This document shows positions 40,349 through 54,291 of a DNA stretch of 64,000 nt, in pieces. A program made the translations under genes and the position numbers. The stretch is taken from NCBI GenBank assembly GCA_035548375.1, contig DASZTG010000022.1, forward strand, positions 14,232 to 78,231, written 5' to 3'. Each line of letters begins with the position of its first letter. Position 1 is the first letter of the stretch. The notes under the pieces are model-generated. The model was not told the DNA's origin, made no database searches, and saw only the letters and a program-made list of their open reading frames with translations. The stretch comes from Burkholderiales bacterium. Its GTDB lineage: Bacteria; Pseudomonadota; Gammaproteobacteria; Burkholderiales; JACQAP01.

Positions 40349-42436
40349 ATGACCCGCAGGATCCTCGTCACCTCCGCGCTGCCGTACGCCAACGGCAGCA
40401 TCCACCTCGGCCACCTCGTGGAGTACATCCAGACCGATATCTGGGTGCGCTTCCAGAAGATGCAAGGCCACGAGGTGCATTACGTCTGCGCGGACGACAC
40501 GCACGGCACGCCGATCATGCTGCGCGCGGACAAGGAAGGCATTTCGCCCGAGCAGCTCGTCGGCCGCGTCTACGGCGAGCACACCCGCGACTTCGCCGGC
40601 TTCCACGTCGGCTTCGACAACTACTACACGACCAATTCGCCGGAAAACCAGGCGTTCTGCGAGGACATCTATCGGCAGCTCGACGGCAAGGACCTCATTG
40701 CCCGGCGCTCGGTCGAGCAGTTCTACGACCCGGTCAAGCAGATGTTCCTGCCCGACCGCTACATCAAGGGCGAGTGCCCGAACTGCCATTCGAAGGACCA
40801 GTACGGGGACTCTTGCGAGGTCTGCGGCAAGACCTACAGCCCGACGGACCTGATCGAGCCCTACTCGGTCGTTTCCGGTGCCAAGCCGGAACGCAAGGCC
40901 TCCGAGCACCATTTCTTCAAGCTGTCGGACGCGCGTTGCGAGGCCTTCCTGCGCGAGTTCACGCAGGCCGGCGATCGCCTGCAGCCGGAAGCCGCCAACA
41001 AGATGAAGGAGTGGCTGGGTGAGCCCGGCGAGAACAAGCTCGCCGACTGGGACATCTCGCGCGACGCGCCCTACTTCGGCTTCCCTATCCCGGGCACGAA
41101 CAACCAGAAGTTCTTTTACGTCTGGCTGGATGCACCGGTGGGCTATTTCGGCAGCTTCCGCAATTACTTCGAGAAGACCGGGAAGTCACAAAAGGAAATC
41201 GACGAGTTCCTGCGGCCGGGAAGCAACACCGAGATGATGCACTTCATCGGCAAGGACATCCTCTACTTCCACGCCCTGTTCTGGCCGGCAATGCTGCAGT
41301 TCGCCGGCTACCGCGTGCCGACGAAGGTTTTTGCCCACGGCTTCCTGACCGTGGACGGCCAGAAGATGTCCAAGTCGCGCGGCACCTTCATCACCGCCGA
41401 GAGCTACCTGCAGCAGGGGCTTAACCCCGAATGGTTGCGCTACTACTACGCCGCCAAGCTGAACTCGACAATGGAAGACATCGACCTCAACCTCGACGAC
41501 TTCGTGGCGCGGGTCAACAGCGACCTGATCGGCAAGTACGTGAACATAGTTAGCCGATACGCAGCTATCCTCGAGAAGAACTTTGCCGGAGAGATTCTTT
41601 CGGAAGATCGTGATCAGCTAGTCAAGACTCGGGGCTATTCGATTCAAGCATATGACGCCGAGGAAGCGATTACCGAGGCTTACGAGGCAAGGGAATTTGG
41701 GCGCGCTGTGAAAGAAATCATGCGTGTCGCGGATGGAATCAATCAGCTGGTAGATCGACATAAGCCATGGAGCATGGCGAAAGATCCGACACAGCACGCC
41801 GAATTGCATCGAATATGCTCTGACGCGGTAAACGCGTTTCGAATCCTGACCTACTACCTGGCGCCCATTCTTCCTACAACGGCGGAACGTGTGGCTAACC
41901 TTCTTGGTCTCTCGCTTCCGTTGAAGTGGGAAGACTTAGGTAGATCAGCTCCCTCAATAAAGCCCTATAAGCACCTAATGACACGAGTCGACTCGAAGCA
42001 GATTGCCGCGCTGGTCGAAGCTAACAAGGAAACGCTGCAGCCGTCCGCTCCCGCGCAAGCGCCAGCGAAGAAGGAACCGGAGAAAAAAGTGGAAGCCACC
42101 GCCGCCCCGAGCACCATCAGCATCGACGAGTTCATGAAGGTCGACCTGCGCGTCGCGAAAATCGTCAGCGCCGAGCACGTCGAGGGGGCCGAGAAGCTGC
42201 TCAAGCTCCAGCTCGACATCGGCAGCGAAACGCGCCAGGTGTTCGCCGGGATCAAGTCGGCCTACGACCCGGCAACGCTGGTCGGGCGCTACACGGTGAT
42301 GGTCGCCAACCTCGCGCCGCGCAAGATGCGCTTCGGCGAATCCCAGGGCATGGTGCTGGCGGCAAGCGGTGAAGGTCCGGGAATCTTCCTGCTCTCGCCG
42401 GACGAAGGCGCGCTGCCCGGTATGAAGGTGAAATAA
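40349..42436 (+). CDS. metG: Methionine--tRNA ligase
   Basis: 695 aa from [26 protein letters not shown] (HIGH motif). Zinc knuckles (CPNCHS…CEVCG), KMSKS motif, C-terminal EMAP/Trbp111-like tRNA-binding domain (…GMVLAAS…PG.KV). Confidence 0.96.
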   Translation: MTRRILVTSALPYANGSIHLGHLVEYIQTDIWVRFQKMQGHEVHYVCADDTHGTPIMLRADKEGISPEQLVGRVYGEHTRDFAGFHVGFDNYYTTNSPENQAFCEDIYRQLDGKDLIARRSVEQFYDPVKQMFLPDRYIKGECPNCHSKDQYGDSCEVCGKTYSPTDLIEPYSVVSGAKPERKASEHHFFKLSDARCEAFLREFTQAGDRLQPEAANKMKEWLGEPGENKLADWDISRDAPYFGFPIPGTNNQKFFYVWLDAPVGYFGSFRNYFEKTGKSQKEIDEFLRPGSNTEMMHFIGKDILYFHALFWPAMLQFAGYRVPTKVFAHGFLTVDGQKMSKSRGTFITAESYLQQGLNPEWLRYYYAAKLNSTMEDIDLNLDDFVARVNSDLIGKYVNIVSRYAAILEKNFAGEILSEDRDQLVKTRGYSIQAYDAEEAITEAYEAREFGRAVKEIMRVADGINQLVDRHKPWSMAKDPTQHAELHRICSDAVNAFRILTYYLAPILPTTAERVANLLGLSLPLKWEDLGRSAPSIKPYKHLMTRVDSKQIAALVEANKETLQPSAPAQAPAKKEPEKKVEATAAPSTISIDEFMKVDLRVAKIVSAEHVEGAEKLLKLQLDIGSETRQVFAGIKSAYDPATLVGRYTVMVANLAPRKMRFGESQGMVLAASGEGPGIFLLSPDEGALPGMKVK

Positions 42437-42448
42437 GGACACTGCGGC

Positions 42449-42730
42449 GTGATCATCACGCGCGGCCTTCGCATTTCCGGCCGCGTGCAGGGCGTCTGGT
42501 TCCGCGAATCCATGCGTCAGCAAGCGGCAATGCTGAAGGTCACCGGCTGGGTACGCAACCGTAGCGACGGCACGGTCGAAGCGGTCGTGCAGGGCGACGA
42601 ACCTGCGGTGGAGGCGTTGATCGCATGGGCACGCCGCGGGCCGGAAAACGCCCGGGTCGGGAAAGTCGAAGTCACCGCGCAGGACGAGTCGGTGCGCTAC
42701 GAATTCTTCGAGAAGTATCCTACCCTCTAG
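42449..42730 (+). CDS. acyP: Acylphosphatase
   Basis: 93-aa ORF (GTG start). Acylphosphatase signatures (V.GRVQGV.FR, GWVRN..DGTVE). Confidence 0.85.
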   Translation: MIITRGLRISGRVQGVWFRESMRQQAAMLKVTGWVRNRSDGTVEAVVQGDEPAVEALIAWARRGPENARVGKVEVTAQDESVRYEFFEKYPTL

Positions 42731-42736
42731 GACCTT

Positions 42737-42833
42737 CCCCTCTCCCCGACCCTCTCCCGCAAGGGGCGAGGGCGATTCAGTCTGAAGCGAAGTAAGACCC
42801 TCTCTCCCCTGGCGGGAGAGAGATGGAGAGGGG
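42737..42833. repeat. REP-like nested palindromes between convergent acyP and lhr
   Basis: Outer inverted repeat cccctctcc (42737-45) / ggagagggg (42825-33). Inner hairpins ccctc.ccc…ggg.gaggg (42750-72) and ctctctccc-ctggc-gggagagag (42800-22, perfect 9-bp stem). Probably acts as a bidirectional terminator. Confidence 0.6.
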
Positions 42834-42836
42834 GAA

Positions 42837-47159
<4,323 letters not shown>

Positions 47160-47192
47160 GGTCTGTCGAATGTAAGGAGTAAACGCGGCGTT

Positions 47193-47684
47193 TCAATCCG
47201 ACAGCTCGACGCGAAAAAGTTCAGCCAGCCCGGCCAGGTAGGTGACCGCCGCTGGATCACCCTCGGCCGGCGCCCAGGGCGCTTTCTCCGCCGGGCCGAG
47301 CGGATGGTAAGGCCCCGCCTTCGCCTCGAAAATGACTGAGCCCGGTTCGAGCGAGACGAACGTGTGCCACGTGCCGTGCGGAAGATTTACGCCGAGATTG
47401 TCGCCGCCCGCGCGCAACACCGCTTGCCTCAAAATTTTCCCGCTGTCGTCGAAAATGACCAGGCCCATGGCGCCGCGAAGGACGAACAGGGTTTCGTCTT
47501 TTTCCGGGTCGACATGGCGATGCGGCTGGACATAGGAATCCGGCTCCATCGCGTTCAGCAGGCGGTTGGCCGGCGCGGATTCCCGCTCATGGAAATTGAA
47601 GTTCTTGCGCCGGCGCGGGCTGGCCGCCGCCTGCGCAGATACCGACTCGATCAATTGCGCATCGATGAGCTCGACCGGCTTCAC
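47193..47684 (-). CDS. Cupin-fold metalloprotein, WbuC-like
   Basis: Cupin His motif (…SYVQPHRHVDPEKDETLFVLRG…GTWH). Start set at the GTG at 47684, which overlaps the dnaE stop as GTGA. The track ORF starts 12 codons further upstream, inside dnaE. Confidence 0.7.
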   Translation of the reverse strand: MKPVELIDAQLIESVSAQAAASPRRRKNFNFHERESAPANRLLNAMEPDSYVQPHRHVDPEKDETLFVLRGAMGLVIFDDSGKILRQAVLRAGGDNLGVNLPHGTWHTFVSLEPGSVIFEAKAGPYHPLGPAEKAPWAPAEGDPAAVTYLAGLAELFRVELSD

Positions 47685-50600
47685 TGGTAGACGACCTGCA
47701 CGTTCCGGGGTTCCAGCCATTTGCCCAGTTCGGCGATGAGCGCATCGTCGGGGCGCACCTTCCAGTCTTCGCCGAGGTCGAATTCCGCTGCCGCATTGCC
47801 GTTGGTATAGGCGACGGATACGCGCAGGTTGCCGTTGCGATAAGGCTCCAGCATTTTCTTCAGCCGCTTCGCATCCGCCTGCCCGTTCATCGAGATCTTG
47901 AGATTGCGCCCGAAGCGCGCGCGTATGCCGGCGAGATCGTGGATTTTCTCCGCCGCGATGCGCATGACCACGTTGTCGGCGCCTTCTTCGCCGCCGCGCC
48001 GGAATGACCGGACCTTGGCCTCGACGAGCACGATCGCATCTTCGCGAACGAGGTTGCGGTGGCGGTCCAGCACCTCGTCGTAAACGACCACTTCAACGCG
48101 CGCGGTGCCGTCCGACAGCAGCATGACCATCATGCGTCCGCTGGCGGTTTTCTGCATGCGCACGGATTCCACCACACCCGCGATGTTCTGCTGGCGCGCG
48201 CCCTCTTCCGGCGCGGGCGGCAATAGCTTGGAGAGCCGCGAGCGCACGACGGAAGAAAACTCTTCCTCGTAGAACTTGAACGGATGGGCGCTGTAGTAAA
48301 AACCCAGCGCCAGCTTCTCGTTCTGCAGCTTCTCAGCCTCGTCCCAGCGCGGCACATCGAGCAGCGCAGGCCCCTGCGCCGCAACCGATGCCTCGCCGAA
48401 CAGGCTGACCTGCGACGCGGAACGGCTGGCCTGCTCCGCGGCCTCCATCGCAATGCCGACTGAAGCCAGCAGGCTGGCGCGATGGTCGTAGAGGGAATCG
48501 AATGCACCCGCGCGCACCAGGGATTCGATCACGCGGCGATTGACGATGCGACGATCTACACGATTGCAGAAGTCGAACAAATCCTTGAACGGACCGGACG
48601 CGCGCGCCTCGATGATGTGCTCGATCGCCGATTGGCCGGTGCCCTTGATGCCGCCCAGGCCATAACGCACGCTCTTCTCGTCCACTGGCACGAAACGGTA
48701 TTCGCTTGCATGGATGTCGGGCGGCAGCACTGTGATGCCGTTCGCCAGCGTGTCCTCATGGAACTGCTGGACCTTGTCGGTATCGTCCATGATCGCCGAC
48801 ATGTTCGCGGCCATGAATGCGGCGGGATGGTGCGCCTTGAAGTAGGCCGTCTGGTAGGCGACCAGCGCATAGGCGGCGGCGTGCGATTTGTTGAAGCCGT
48901 AGCCGGCGAACTTCTCCATCAGGTCGAAGATTTCTTCGGCCTTGGCGGGTGTCAACCCATTCTTGCCGGCGCCTTCGCGGAAGATGCCGCGATGCTGCGC
49001 CATTTCCTCCGCCTTCTTCTTGCCCATCGCGCGCCGCAGCAGGTCCGCTCCTCCGAGGCTGTAGCCGCCGATGATCTGGGCCATCTGCATGACCTGCTCC
49101 TGGTAGACCATGATGCCGTAGGTCTCGGCAAGCACGGTCTCCACGCGCGGGTCGGGGTACTCGGCCTTCTTGCCGTGCTTGCGCTGGCAGAACTCCGGGA
49201 TCAGCTCCATCGGCCCGGGGCGGTACAGCGCGACCAGCGCGATGATGTCCTCGAAGCGGTCGGGTCGCGCCTGCTTCAGCAAGTCGCGCATGCCGCGCGA
49301 TTCGAACTGGAACACGGCCGTCGTATTGGCGCTCGCGAAGATCTTGTAGGCCGGCACATCGTCCAGCGGCAACTGCTCGAGCACGATCTTCGAGGCCGGA
49401 TCGAGGCGCTTGATGAAGCGCAGCGTCCAGTCCAGGATGGTCAGCGTGGTCAGGCCGAGGAAGTCGAACTTCACCAGCCCGATCGCCTCGACGTCGTCCT
49501 TGTCAAGCTGGGACACCGCGCTTTCGGAATTCGAGGCGGTGTAGAGCGGGCAGAAATCGCTCAGCTTGCCGGGTGCAATCAGCACGCCGCCCGCGTGCAT
49601 GCCGACGTTGCGGCTGAGTCCCTCGAGCTGGCCAGCCAGTGCCAGCAGCTCGCGCGTCTCTTCCTCGGTCTCCTCGCGTTCGCGCAGGCGCGGCTCCATC
49701 TTGCGCGCCTCTTCCAGCGTAATCAGCTTGCCGGGCTGGAACGGAATCAGCTTCGCCAGCTCGTCCGTGCGGCTGTAGTTCCACTCCATGACGCGGCCGA
49801 CGTCACGCACGACGGCCTTCGCCGCCATGGTGCCGAAGGTCGCGATCTGCGAGACGGACTCGTCGCCGTATTTCCGCCGCACGTAGTCGATGACCTTGTC
49901 GCGGCCGTCCTGGCAGAAGTCCACGTCGAAGTCCGGCATCGACACGCGCTCGGGATTCAGGAAGCGCTCGAACAGCAGGTTGTAGCGCAACGGATCGAGA
50001 TCCGTGATGCCAAGCGAGTAGGCCACCAGCGATCCCGCGCCGGAACCGCGGCCCGGGCCGACCGGAACGTTGTTGGTCTTTGCCCAGTTGATGAAGTCCG
50101 CCACGATCAGAAAATAGCCGGGAAATCCCATCTTCAGGATGGTCGCGATTTCGAACTCGAGCCGTTCACGGTAACGCGCCACGTGGGTTTCGCGCACCGC
50201 CGCATCCGGGTAAAGCGCAACCATGCGCTCCTCCAGGCCCGCAAGCGTACGGCTGCGGAGGTACGCTTCCAGCGACATGCCGTCCGGCGTCGGGAATTCG
50301 GGCAGCCTGGATTTCCCGAGTTCGAGCGAAAAATTGCAGCGTCGCGCGATTTCCACCGCGTTTTCGAGCGCCTGCGGCAGGTCGGCAAACAATTCCGCCA
50401 TTTCCGCCTGGCTCTTGAGGTATTGCTCTTCGGTGAATACGCGCGGCCGGCGCTGGTCGGAAAGCACGTAGCCTTCGGAAATGCAGACACGCGCCTCGTG
50501 CGCGACGAAGTCGCTGCGCTTCACGAATTGCACCGGGTGCGTCGCGACGACCGGCAGCTTCAGTGACGATGCCAGGCGCACCGCGCGCTTGACGTAGTGC

Positions 50601-51136
50601 TCGGCCCCGGGTTGGCCGAAACGCTGCAGCTCGATATAGAAGCGTTGCGGGAAGGCTTCGGCCCAGAATTCTGCGTGCTTCTTCGCCTGGGCCGCGTTGT
50701 CGGCCAGCAAGGCATGACCAATGTCGCCAAGATGCGCGCCCGACAACGCGATCAATCCATTCATGCCGGACTCCTGCAGCCAGGCCTTGAGGATTTCCGC
50801 CCGGCCCCGGTGCTGGTTCAGCCGGTAGCCGCGCGTGAGCCAGTCGCACAGTCGCAGGTAACCTGCGCGCGAGGTGCACAGCAGCAGCGCGCGGAACGGC
50901 TTGTCGCGATCGGCTTCGTTGGTGATCCAGACGTCGCAGCCGATCAAGGGCTTCAGGCCCTTGCCGCGCGCGGCCTGGTAGAACTTGACCATGCCGAACA
51001 GGTTGGAAAGGTCGGTCAGCGCCAGCGCCGGCATGTCGTCCGCCGCCGCCGCGGCGACCGCGTCGTCGATGCGGACGATGCCGTCGACGATCGAGTATTC
51101 GCTGTGCAGGCGCAGGTGGACGAACTTCGGTTGCAT
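47681..51136 (-). CDS. dnaE: DNA polymerase III subunit alpha
   Basis: 1151-aa ORF. N-terminal PHP domain (FVHLRLHSEYS), polymerase core (…PDFDVDFC…), HhH and OB-fold regions. Confidence 0.97.
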   Translation of the reverse strand: MQPKFVHLRLHSEYSIVDGIVRIDDAVAAAAADDMPALALTDLSNLFGMVKFYQAARGKGLKPLIGCDVWITNEADRDKPFRALLLCTSRAGYLRLCDWLTRGYRLNQHRGRAEILKAWLQESGMNGLIALSGAHLGDIGHALLADNAAQAKKHAEFWAEAFPQRFYIELQRFGQPGAEHYVKRAVRLASSLKLPVVATHPVQFVKRSDFVAHEARVCISEGYVLSDQRRPRVFTEEQYLKSQAEMAELFADLPQALENAVEIARRCNFSLELGKSRLPEFPTPDGMSLEAYLRSRTLAGLEERMVALYPDAAVRETHVARYRERLEFEIATILKMGFPGYFLIVADFINWAKTNNVPVGPGRGSGAGSLVAYSLGITDLDPLRYNLLFERFLNPERVSMPDFDVDFCQDGRDKVIDYVRRKYGDESVSQIATFGTMAAKAVVRDVGRVMEWNYSRTDELAKLIPFQPGKLITLEEARKMEPRLREREETEEETRELLALAGQLEGLSRNVGMHAGGVLIAPGKLSDFCPLYTASNSESAVSQLDKDDVEAIGLVKFDFLGLTTLTILDWTLRFIKRLDPASKIVLEQLPLDDVPAYKIFASANTTAVFQFESRGMRDLLKQARPDRFEDIIALVALYRPGPMELIPEFCQRKHGKKAEYPDPRVETVLAETYGIMVYQEQVMQMAQIIGGYSLGGADLLRRAMGKKKAEEMAQHRGIFREGAGKNGLTPAKAEEIFDLMEKFAGYGFNKSHAAAYALVAYQTAYFKAHHPAAFMAANMSAIMDDTDKVQQFHEDTLANGITVLPPDIHASEYRFVPVDEKSVRYGLGGIKGTGQSAIEHIIEARASGPFKDLFDFCNRVDRRIVNRRVIESLVRAGAFDSLYDHRASLLASVGIAMEAAEQASRSASQVSLFGEASVAAQGPALLDVPRWDEAEKLQNEKLALGFYYSAHPFKFYEEEFSSVVRSRLSKLLPPAPEEGARQQNIAGVVESVRMQKTASGRMMVMLLSDGTARVEVVVYDEVLDRHRNLVREDAIVLVEAKVRSFRRGGEEGADNVVMRIAAEKIHDLAGIRARFGRNLKISMNGQADAKRLKKMLEPYRNGNLRVSVAYTNGNAAAEFDLGEDWKVRPDDALIAELGKWLEPRNVQVVYQ

Positions 51137-51281
51137 CGAAACATTTTACGCCGCCGGTCCGGAGCGCCAAGTCCTGATTGGGCTTTCTTCGATGGCTTTC
51201 TGCAGATTCAATATTCGACAATGGCTTGCGATGGGTCGGCCTTGTTAAAATGCCTGTCTCCCCAAGGCAACAACGCACTCC

Positions 51282-52010
51282 ATGCGCACCATCAACCTCG
51301 CCGGCTACAAGTTCGTATCGCTGGACCGTCTAGACGACCTCAAGAAACGCCTGGAACGAAAATGCGAAAGCCTCGGACTCAAGGGCACGATCCTGTTGAG
51401 TTTCGAGGGCATCAACATCGTGCTGGCCGGCGCGGAAGATGCGACACGGAAATTCGAGGCCTTCCTGGGCGAAGACAACCGCTTCGCCGGATTGCGTTTC
51501 AAGCGCAGCATCTCGGCCTTCCAGCCTTTCGAACGCATGCTGGTGAAGATCAAGCGGGAGATCATCACACTGCGCGTGCCTGGGCTGGATCCGGCGAAAG
51601 AGCGGGCGCCCACCATCGCGCCGGTGGAACTCAGGCGCTGGCTGGACGAAGGCCGTGATGTCGTCCTGCTCGATACGCGCAATGCTTTCGAGGTCGATGC
51701 CGGCACGTTCAACAATGCGCTGGACTTGAGGCTGAGCGCCTTCGGGCAGTTCGCGGATGCCGTCGAAGCGCTCGACCCGGCACTGAAGGACAAGACCCTC
51801 GTGACCTTCTGCACCGGCGGCATCCGCTGCGAAAAAGCGGCGCCGGTACTCATCAACAAGGGCTTCAGGAACGTCTTCCAGCTCGACGGCGGCATCCTGC
51901 AGTATTTCGAAGACTGCGGCGACGCCCATTTCCGCGGCAACTGTTTCGTTTTCGACCAGCGCGTGGCGCTGGACGGCAAACTCGAGCCGCAGATCGCGAG
52001 CCGTCCGTGA
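51282..52010 (+). CDS. trhO: Rhodanese-domain protein, UPF0176/TrhO (tRNA U34 hydroxylase) family
   Basis: 242-aa ORF. N-terminal YKF…L…GINI… region and rhodanese active-site loop CTGGIRCEKA. Confidence 0.82.
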   Translation: MRTINLAGYKFVSLDRLDDLKKRLERKCESLGLKGTILLSFEGINIVLAGAEDATRKFEAFLGEDNRFAGLRFKRSISAFQPFERMLVKIKREIITLRVPGLDPAKERAPTIAPVELRRWLDEGRDVVLLDTRNAFEVDAGTFNNALDLRLSAFGQFADAVEALDPALKDKTLVTFCTGGIRCEKAAPVLINKGFRNVFQLDGGILQYFEDCGDAHFRGNCFVFDQRVALDGKLEPQIASRP

Positions 52011-52918
52011 GCAGCCCGCGCGAGACCCGCCGCGCGGTGATCGTCCTCGTCCTGCTCGTCATCCTGTGGGGTTATAGCTGGATCACGTCGAAGATCGGCC
52101 TCGGATACGCGAGCCCGATCGACGTCGTCGCCCTGCGCCTGGAACTCGGCATTCTTACGTTGCTGGCGGGGCTGATCTGGACACGCAGGTCGCTGCGGCC
52201 CGAGCATTGGAAGGCCTTGTTGCTGATCGGCCTGGTGCAGACCGGCGCCTTCCTGCTGCTGAACACGTGGGCGCTGTCGGAAGGAGGTCCGGGCAAAACG
52301 TCGATCCTCGTGTTCACCATGCCGTTCTGGGTGCTCGTGTTCGCGTGGCCGATGCTGCATGAGCGCATCCACGGCCTGCAATGGGTTTCCGTAGCACTTG
52401 CGATCGCCGGCCTCGTGTTCGTACTCGAGCCGTGGCAAATGCACACGTCGCTATTCAGCAAGACGCTCGCCGTCATCGCCGGCATGTGCTGGGCAATCGG
52501 CGTGATCTACGCGAAACAACTGCACAACCGCGCGAAAGTGGAGCCGCTCGCCTTCACGTTCTGGCAGATGATCGTCGGCCTGCTGCCGGTGCTCGTGTGC
52601 CAGGCCGTGATCGAGCGGCCGTCCGTGGTCTGGTCGGGCACGTTCATCGGCGTCACGCTGTTCAACGGCATCATGGCGACCGGCGTGGGCTGGCTGGCGT
52701 GGCTCTACGTGCTGCATCGCCTGCCCGCCGGCACGACCAGCCTGTCGTCGCTGGGCATTCCGGTGATCGCAATTTTTTCCTCCTGGATCCAGCTCGGCGA
52801 ACGCCCGGGCAGCTCCGAGTTGACGGGCATGTTGCTGATCGGCCTGGCGCTCGCATTGCTCTCCTACCTGAGCATCCGCCGCCATGAAGAACCGGAACCG
52901 ATGACGGGTCAAGAATAA
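52007..52918 (+). CDS. EamA/DMT-family transporter
   Basis: 303-aa ORF, 10 hydrophobic segments in two EamA-like halves. ATGA-type overlap with the upstream gene. Confidence 0.85.
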   Translation: MSSPRETRRAVIVLVLLVILWGYSWITSKIGLGYASPIDVVALRLELGILTLLAGLIWTRRSLRPEHWKALLLIGLVQTGAFLLLNTWALSEGGPGKTSILVFTMPFWVLVFAWPMLHERIHGLQWVSVALAIAGLVFVLEPWQMHTSLFSKTLAVIAGMCWAIGVIYAKQLHNRAKVEPLAFTFWQMIVGLLPVLVCQAVIERPSVVWSGTFIGVTLFNGIMATGVGWLAWLYVLHRLPAGTTSLSSLGIPVIAIFSSWIQLGERPGSSELTGMLLIGLALALLSYLSIRRHEEPEPMTGQE

Positions 52919-52936
52919 GGCTGGTAAATTCAATTC

Positions 52937-53420
52937 TGAACCACGGAGAACACGGAGAGCACGGAGAAATGCAGAATGAACGACGATGAACTGGGGACGC
53001 TCCTAATAGGTTGCGCGATCCAGGTACACCGGACGCTCGGTCCCGGTCTACTGGAAAGCGTGTACGAGACCTGCTTGCTCCACGAACTAGGAGAAACTGG
53101 GGTCGAAGTCAAAAAGCAGGTGGTCGTTCCTTTTGTCTACGACGAAATCAAGTTCGACAAAGGATTCAGAATCGATGTCCTGTTTGGTCATCGAGTTATT
53201 GTGGAAATAAAAGCGGCCGAAAAGCTGCTACTCATACATTCTGCTCAAGTTCTCACCTATCTAAAGCTTTCTAATCTGCGAATTGGATATCTCCTGAACT
53301 TTAATGTGATCCAACTACGCCAAGGCGGCATCAAGCGCCTAGTGAACGGATGATCTCCTCGATCAATCAGTTGCACCAAAGCCATTTTTTCTCCGTGCCC
53401 TCCGTGTTCTCCGTGGTTCA
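52937..53420. mobile_element. Low-GC gene cassette bounded by 33-bp inverted repeats made of 9-bp tandem units
   Basis: Left arm 52937-52969 is tgaaccacggagaacacggagagcacggagaaa. The right arm 53388-53420 is its reverse complement with 1 mismatch in 33. Each arm is three 9-nt units (NCACGGAGA). The arms enclose one 125-aa ORF whose G+C is visibly lower (about 43% in a hand-counted 60-nt line) than the flanking genes. Confidence 0.75.
52976..53353 (+). CDS. GxxExxY protein (PD-(D/E)XK nuclease-like, PDDEXK_3 family)
   Basis: 125-aa ORF. GLLESVY matches the GxxExxY signature near the N-terminus. RIDVLF…VIVEIKA matches a D…ExK nuclease-type core. The size is typical of this family. Confidence 0.8.
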   Translation: MNDDELGTLLIGCAIQVHRTLGPGLLESVYETCLLHELGETGVEVKKQVVVPFVYDEIKFDKGFRIDVLFGHRVIVEIKAAEKLLLIHSAQVLTYLKLSNLRIGYLLNFNVIQLRQGGIKRLVNG

Positions 53421-53427
53421 TTTTTAA

Positions 53428-54291
53428 ATGAAGTCCAGTAATTCAGTCTTTCTTTCCGTTCGCGGCGTGCGCTACCACGTGCGCACCTGGGGCGACGAGC
53501 GCGCGCCGAAGCTCTTCCTGCTGCATGGCTGGATGGACGTGTCGGCATCGTTCCAGTTCGCGGTCGACGAGTTGCGCCACAACTGGCACGTCATCGCGCC
53601 GGACTGGCGCGGATTCGGGCTGTCGGAATGGACGAACCAGGGTTACTGGTTTCCCGACTACATCGCGGATCTCGACGCGCTGCTCGATCACTTCCAGCCC
53701 GAGGCGCCGGCCTACATCGTCGGCCACAGCATGGGCGGCAACGTGGCGAATCTTTACGCGGGCATACGCCCGGATCGCGTCGGCAAGCTGGTACTCGCGG
53801 AAGGCTTCGGCCTGCCACCGGGTAAAGCCGAGAAGGCGCCCGAGCGCTACGCAAAATGGCTGGACGAATATCGCGACCCGCCGTCGCTGCGCCCATATGC
53901 CAACTTCGAGGAAGTCGCGCAACGCCTGAAGCAGAACAATCCGCGCATGAGCGACGAGCACGCACGTTATCTCGCGCCGCACTGGGCCGAACAGCTCGCG
54001 GACGGCAGTATCCGGCTGCGCGCCGATCCGCTGCACAAGATGGTCAACCCCGTGCTCTACCGCGTGGAAGAAGCGATGGCCTGCTGGAAACGCATCGCAG
54101 CACCGGTACTCTGGTTGTGGGGCGACGGCGAGTGGATGATGAAGTGGATGCGCGGTGACAAGGCGCTGATTGACAGTTACCGCGCCTGCTACCGATCGCT
54201 CACCGAGGAAACCATCGCGGACGCGGGGCACATGATGCATCACGACCAGCCCGCGGAGTTCGCGCGGGCGGTCGAATCGTTCATGTACTGA
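53428..54291 (+). CDS. Alpha/beta-fold hydrolase
   Basis: 287-aa ORF. Oxyanion-hole HG (LLHGWMD), nucleophile elbow GHSMGG, C-terminal His (DAGHMMHHDQP). Confidence 0.85.
   Translation: MKSSNSVFLSVRGVRYHVRTWGDERAPKLFLLHGWMDVSASFQFAVDELRHNWHVIAPDWRGFGLSEWTNQGYWFPDYIADLDALLDHFQPEAPAYIVGHSMGGNVANLYAGIRPDRVGKLVLAEGFGLPPGKAEKAPERYAKWLDEYRDPPSLRPYANFEEVAQRLKQNNPRMSDEHARYLAPHWAEQLADGSIRLRADPLHKMVNPVLYRVEEAMACWKRIAAPVLWLWGDGEWMMKWMRGDKALIDSYRACYRSLTEETIADAGHMMHHDQPAEFARAVESFMY

Noticed and set aside
48482-50566. 694-aa ORF on the plus strand
   Set aside because: Antisense to dnaE. No motifs. A GC-driven open frame.
52937-53420. CRISPR array suggested by short repeated CACGGAG units
   Set aside because: The units are 9 nt, directly abutting without spacers, limited to three copies per arm and arranged as inverted arms. 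There are no cas genes. This is not a CRISPR architecture.
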